DNA of 64,000 nucleotides from Octopus vulgaris. Its lineage: Eukaryota. Below, in pieces: positions 61,139 through 64,000 of this stretch; the first letter of the stretch is position 1, and each line of letters opens with the position of its first letter. The notes beneath the pieces are model-generated. The model saw only the letters and a program-made list of their open reading frames with translations, ran no database searches and had not been told where the DNA came from. The DNA lies in assembly GCA_951406725.2 (NCBI GenBank), contig OX597828.1:52080001-52144000 (forward strand), in the 5' to 3' direction. The translations under genes and the position numbers were made by a program.

Positions 61139-61308
61139 TGTATGTATGTATGTATGTACTTATGTATGTATGTATGTACTTATGTATGTATGAATGTATG
61201 TATGTATGTATGTATGTATGTATGTATGTATGTATGTATGTATGTATGTATGTATGTATGTATGTATGTACTTATGTATGTATGTATGTATGTATGTATG
61301 TATGTATG

Positions 61309-61339
<31 letters not shown>

Positions 61340-62078
61340 TGTATGTATGTATGTACTTATGTATGTATGTATGTATGTATGTATGTATGTACTTATGTAT
61401 GTATGTATGTATGTATGTATGTATGTATGTATGTGTGTGTGTATGTATGTGTATGTATGTGTGTATGTATGTATGTATGTATGTATGTGTGTGTGTATGT
61501 ATGTGTATGTATGTGTGTATGTATGTATGTATGTATGTATGTATGTATGTATGTATGTATGTATGTATGTATGTATGTATGTATGTATGTATGTATGTAT
61601 GTATGTATGTATGTATGTATGTATGTATGTATGTATGTATGTATGTATGTATGTATGTATGTATGTATGTGTGTATGTATGTATGTATGTATGTATGTAT
61701 GTATGTATGTATGTATGTATGTATGTATGTATGTATGTATGTATGTATGTATGTATGTATGTATGTGTATGTATGTATGTATGTATGTACGTATGATGTA
61801 TGTATGTATGTGTGTATGTATGTATGTATGTATGTATGTATGTATGTATGTATGTATGTATGTATGTATGTATGTATGTATGTATGTACTTATGTATGTA
61901 TGTATGTATGTATGTATGTATGTATGTATGTATGTATGTATGTATGTATGTATGTATGTATGTATGTATGTACTTATGTATGTATGTATGTACTTATGTA
62001 TGTATGTATGTATGTATGTATGTATGTATGTATGTATGTATGTATGTATGTATGTATGTATGTATGTATGTATGTATG

Positions 62079-62109
<31 letters not shown>

Positions 62110-62445
62110 TGTATGTATGTATGTATGTACTTATGTATGTATGTATGTACTTATGTATGTATGAATGTATGTATGTATGTATGTATGTATGTATGTATGT
62201 ATGTATGTATGTATGTATGTATGTATGTATGTATGTATGTACTTATGTATGTATGTATGTATGTATGTATGTATGTATGTATGTATGTATGTATGTATGT
62301 ATGTATGTATGTATGTATGTATGTATGTACTTATGTATGTATGTATGTATGTATGTATGTATGTACTTATGTATGTATGTATGTATGTATGTATGTATGT
62401 ATGTATGTATCTATATATCTTTGTATCTATGTATCTATGTATGTA
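59730..62445. repeat. ~2.7-kb (TATG)n array with patterned variants
   Basis: Directly visible; TG-insertion, TACT, TGAA and TAA variants recur in ordered blocks. Confidence 0.97.
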
Positions 62446-62840
62446 TTATTCATGAATGTATGTGTGCATGTGTTTATAAATGCATGTATGTATGTGTGTA
62501 TGCATGTATATGTATGCATATTGCTTGTAGTGTATATTATATCTCACTTTGTGTAGCTTTCGTACGCGTGTTTTTGAAGGCCTTTGTATATTGTATGGCT
62601 TATGCGTATGTGTAAGTGTATGCGATTGTGCCTGTGTATGTACGTATATATATGTATTGATGTGCGTACGGCTGCCCGTATAATCTGTATGATATATGCA
62701 GCGTATATGTTTGTAAGTGAGTCTGTGTACTCTATAAGGTATTCGTAAAGTAGAACCTATAATAAATGGTATTCCAGCCGTGGCTACCTCATATGTACCA
62801 AGTAGTGCATCCTCCAATGCTCTGTGAGTTACTCTGTGTG

Positions 62841-62913
<73 letters not shown>

Positions 62914-63065
62914 AAAATGTGACACATATGGTAGGCATTTCCAGTGTGTCTTTTTCATGTCGTACTTAAGAGGAATGTAGCAAAATGTAAATTTTGAGAG
63001 AGCGCGCGATACATACATTCAAAGATAAATAGATAGGTGTGTATATACATGTCTTTGCTTAAGTA

Positions 63066-63400
63066 AGGGTAAAGACCCCCTTCGGTCATGAATGACCATG
63101 GGATTGCACCTAGAAAGTTACCCTCCTAGACACAAGTCCGGGCAAGGTTGTTTATGGAAGACCAGCAGTCGCCCATGCATACCGGCCTCCCTCTTCACGC
63201 CACCAGTGTTATCCAAGGGAAAGACAAAGGTCGATACAGCTTGGCACCAGTGACGTCGCAACTCATTTCTATAGCTGAGTGAACTGGAGCAACGTGAAAT
63301 AAAGTGCCTTGCTCAAGAACACAACACGCAGCCCGGTCCGGGATTCGAGCTCACAACCTTACGATCGTAAGCTCGACGCTCTAACCACTGAGCCATGCGT
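63066..63400 (-). mobile_element. SINE family B, full length with TSD
   Basis: Homologous to 17392-17730; direct repeat GTCTTTGCTTAAGTA at 63051-63065 and 63399-63413. Confidence 0.93.
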
Positions 63401-64000
63401 CTTTGCTTAAGTATAAGTATATAAATTGGTCTTTTCTCAATTCATAATTTGTGTAAGATATTTTGAAATAAATGAAAAGTGACTAAATAAATGAATAACG
63501 AGACAAGAGGATTCAGAAAGCGCCAAGCTCCGCCAAGGCAACGCCAATGTCCTCTCAACGATTAGCCAGAGATGATTTTTAAAATAAGAATATCTGAAGT
63601 AAACTTGACTTCTCCACAAACGACCGCCCTCAAAAGTTAAGTAAAAAAACGGTAAAATAATCCAGAATCCTTGTCCGGTACATGATCGATCCTAATGGTA
63701 GTCATGGAATGTGAAGGTGGTGGTAGAAAATTTAGTAATTGTAATAAACAGTTTATCCTTATCTAATACAAGCAAAAGTTAGCAAATTGATCATTCAAAG
63801 TAGTTTCAATGGCGGAGGTAATAATAATAAGTTCTGCTCGGGAATTTTTAAATGAATAGCATGAAACCTTTTGCTTTTTTCTTCTCTTAAATTCCGGCCT
63901 TCCTGTTGCTTTGGGTCGATGTATAGATGTATGTATATATGTAAGTAAACTGTAAAGTGTTGATATGTATGTATAATATATAATATATATATTATAAAAA

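Noticed and set aside
60184-62109. 641-aa ORF (MYVC repeats) and overlapping ORFs
   Set aside because: Translation of (TATG)n, which lacks stop codons

Overview
Eukaryotic, AT-rich, microsatellite-saturated non-coding DNA, intronic or intergenic. The SINE sequences match my recollection of Octopus (coleoid cephalopod) repeats; this taxon call is an inference and was not checked. No intact host protein-coding gene is supported, and nearly all ORFs in the track are translations of simple repeats. Mobile content: (i) a 5'-truncated R4/Dong-clade non-LTR retrotransposon (RT, CCHC, restriction-like endonuclease) inside (TAA)n, abutting a 4.4-kb higher-order (TTA)n array; (ii) two L1/Tx1-like ORF2 fragments in inverted orientation between (TATC)n and (GATA)n; (iii) a fold-back mariner relic and a mariner-type MITE; (iv) at least three tRNA-derived SINE families, including a SINE-in-SINE insertion with a 17-bp TSD and an 8 x 212-bp tandem array born from two adjacent SINEs. 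Several type-I hammerhead ribozyme motifs of the Penelope-like-element/retrozyme kind are dispersed through the window. One looks fully intact (39075-39156), several have unusually long stem II and palindromic loop III, and some lie in or beside fold-back palindromes. Short unique islands carry candidate regulatory clusters (paired-domain/Pax sites, GTCACGTG E-boxes) and several minus-strand exon-like segments that may belong to a large spliced transcript.
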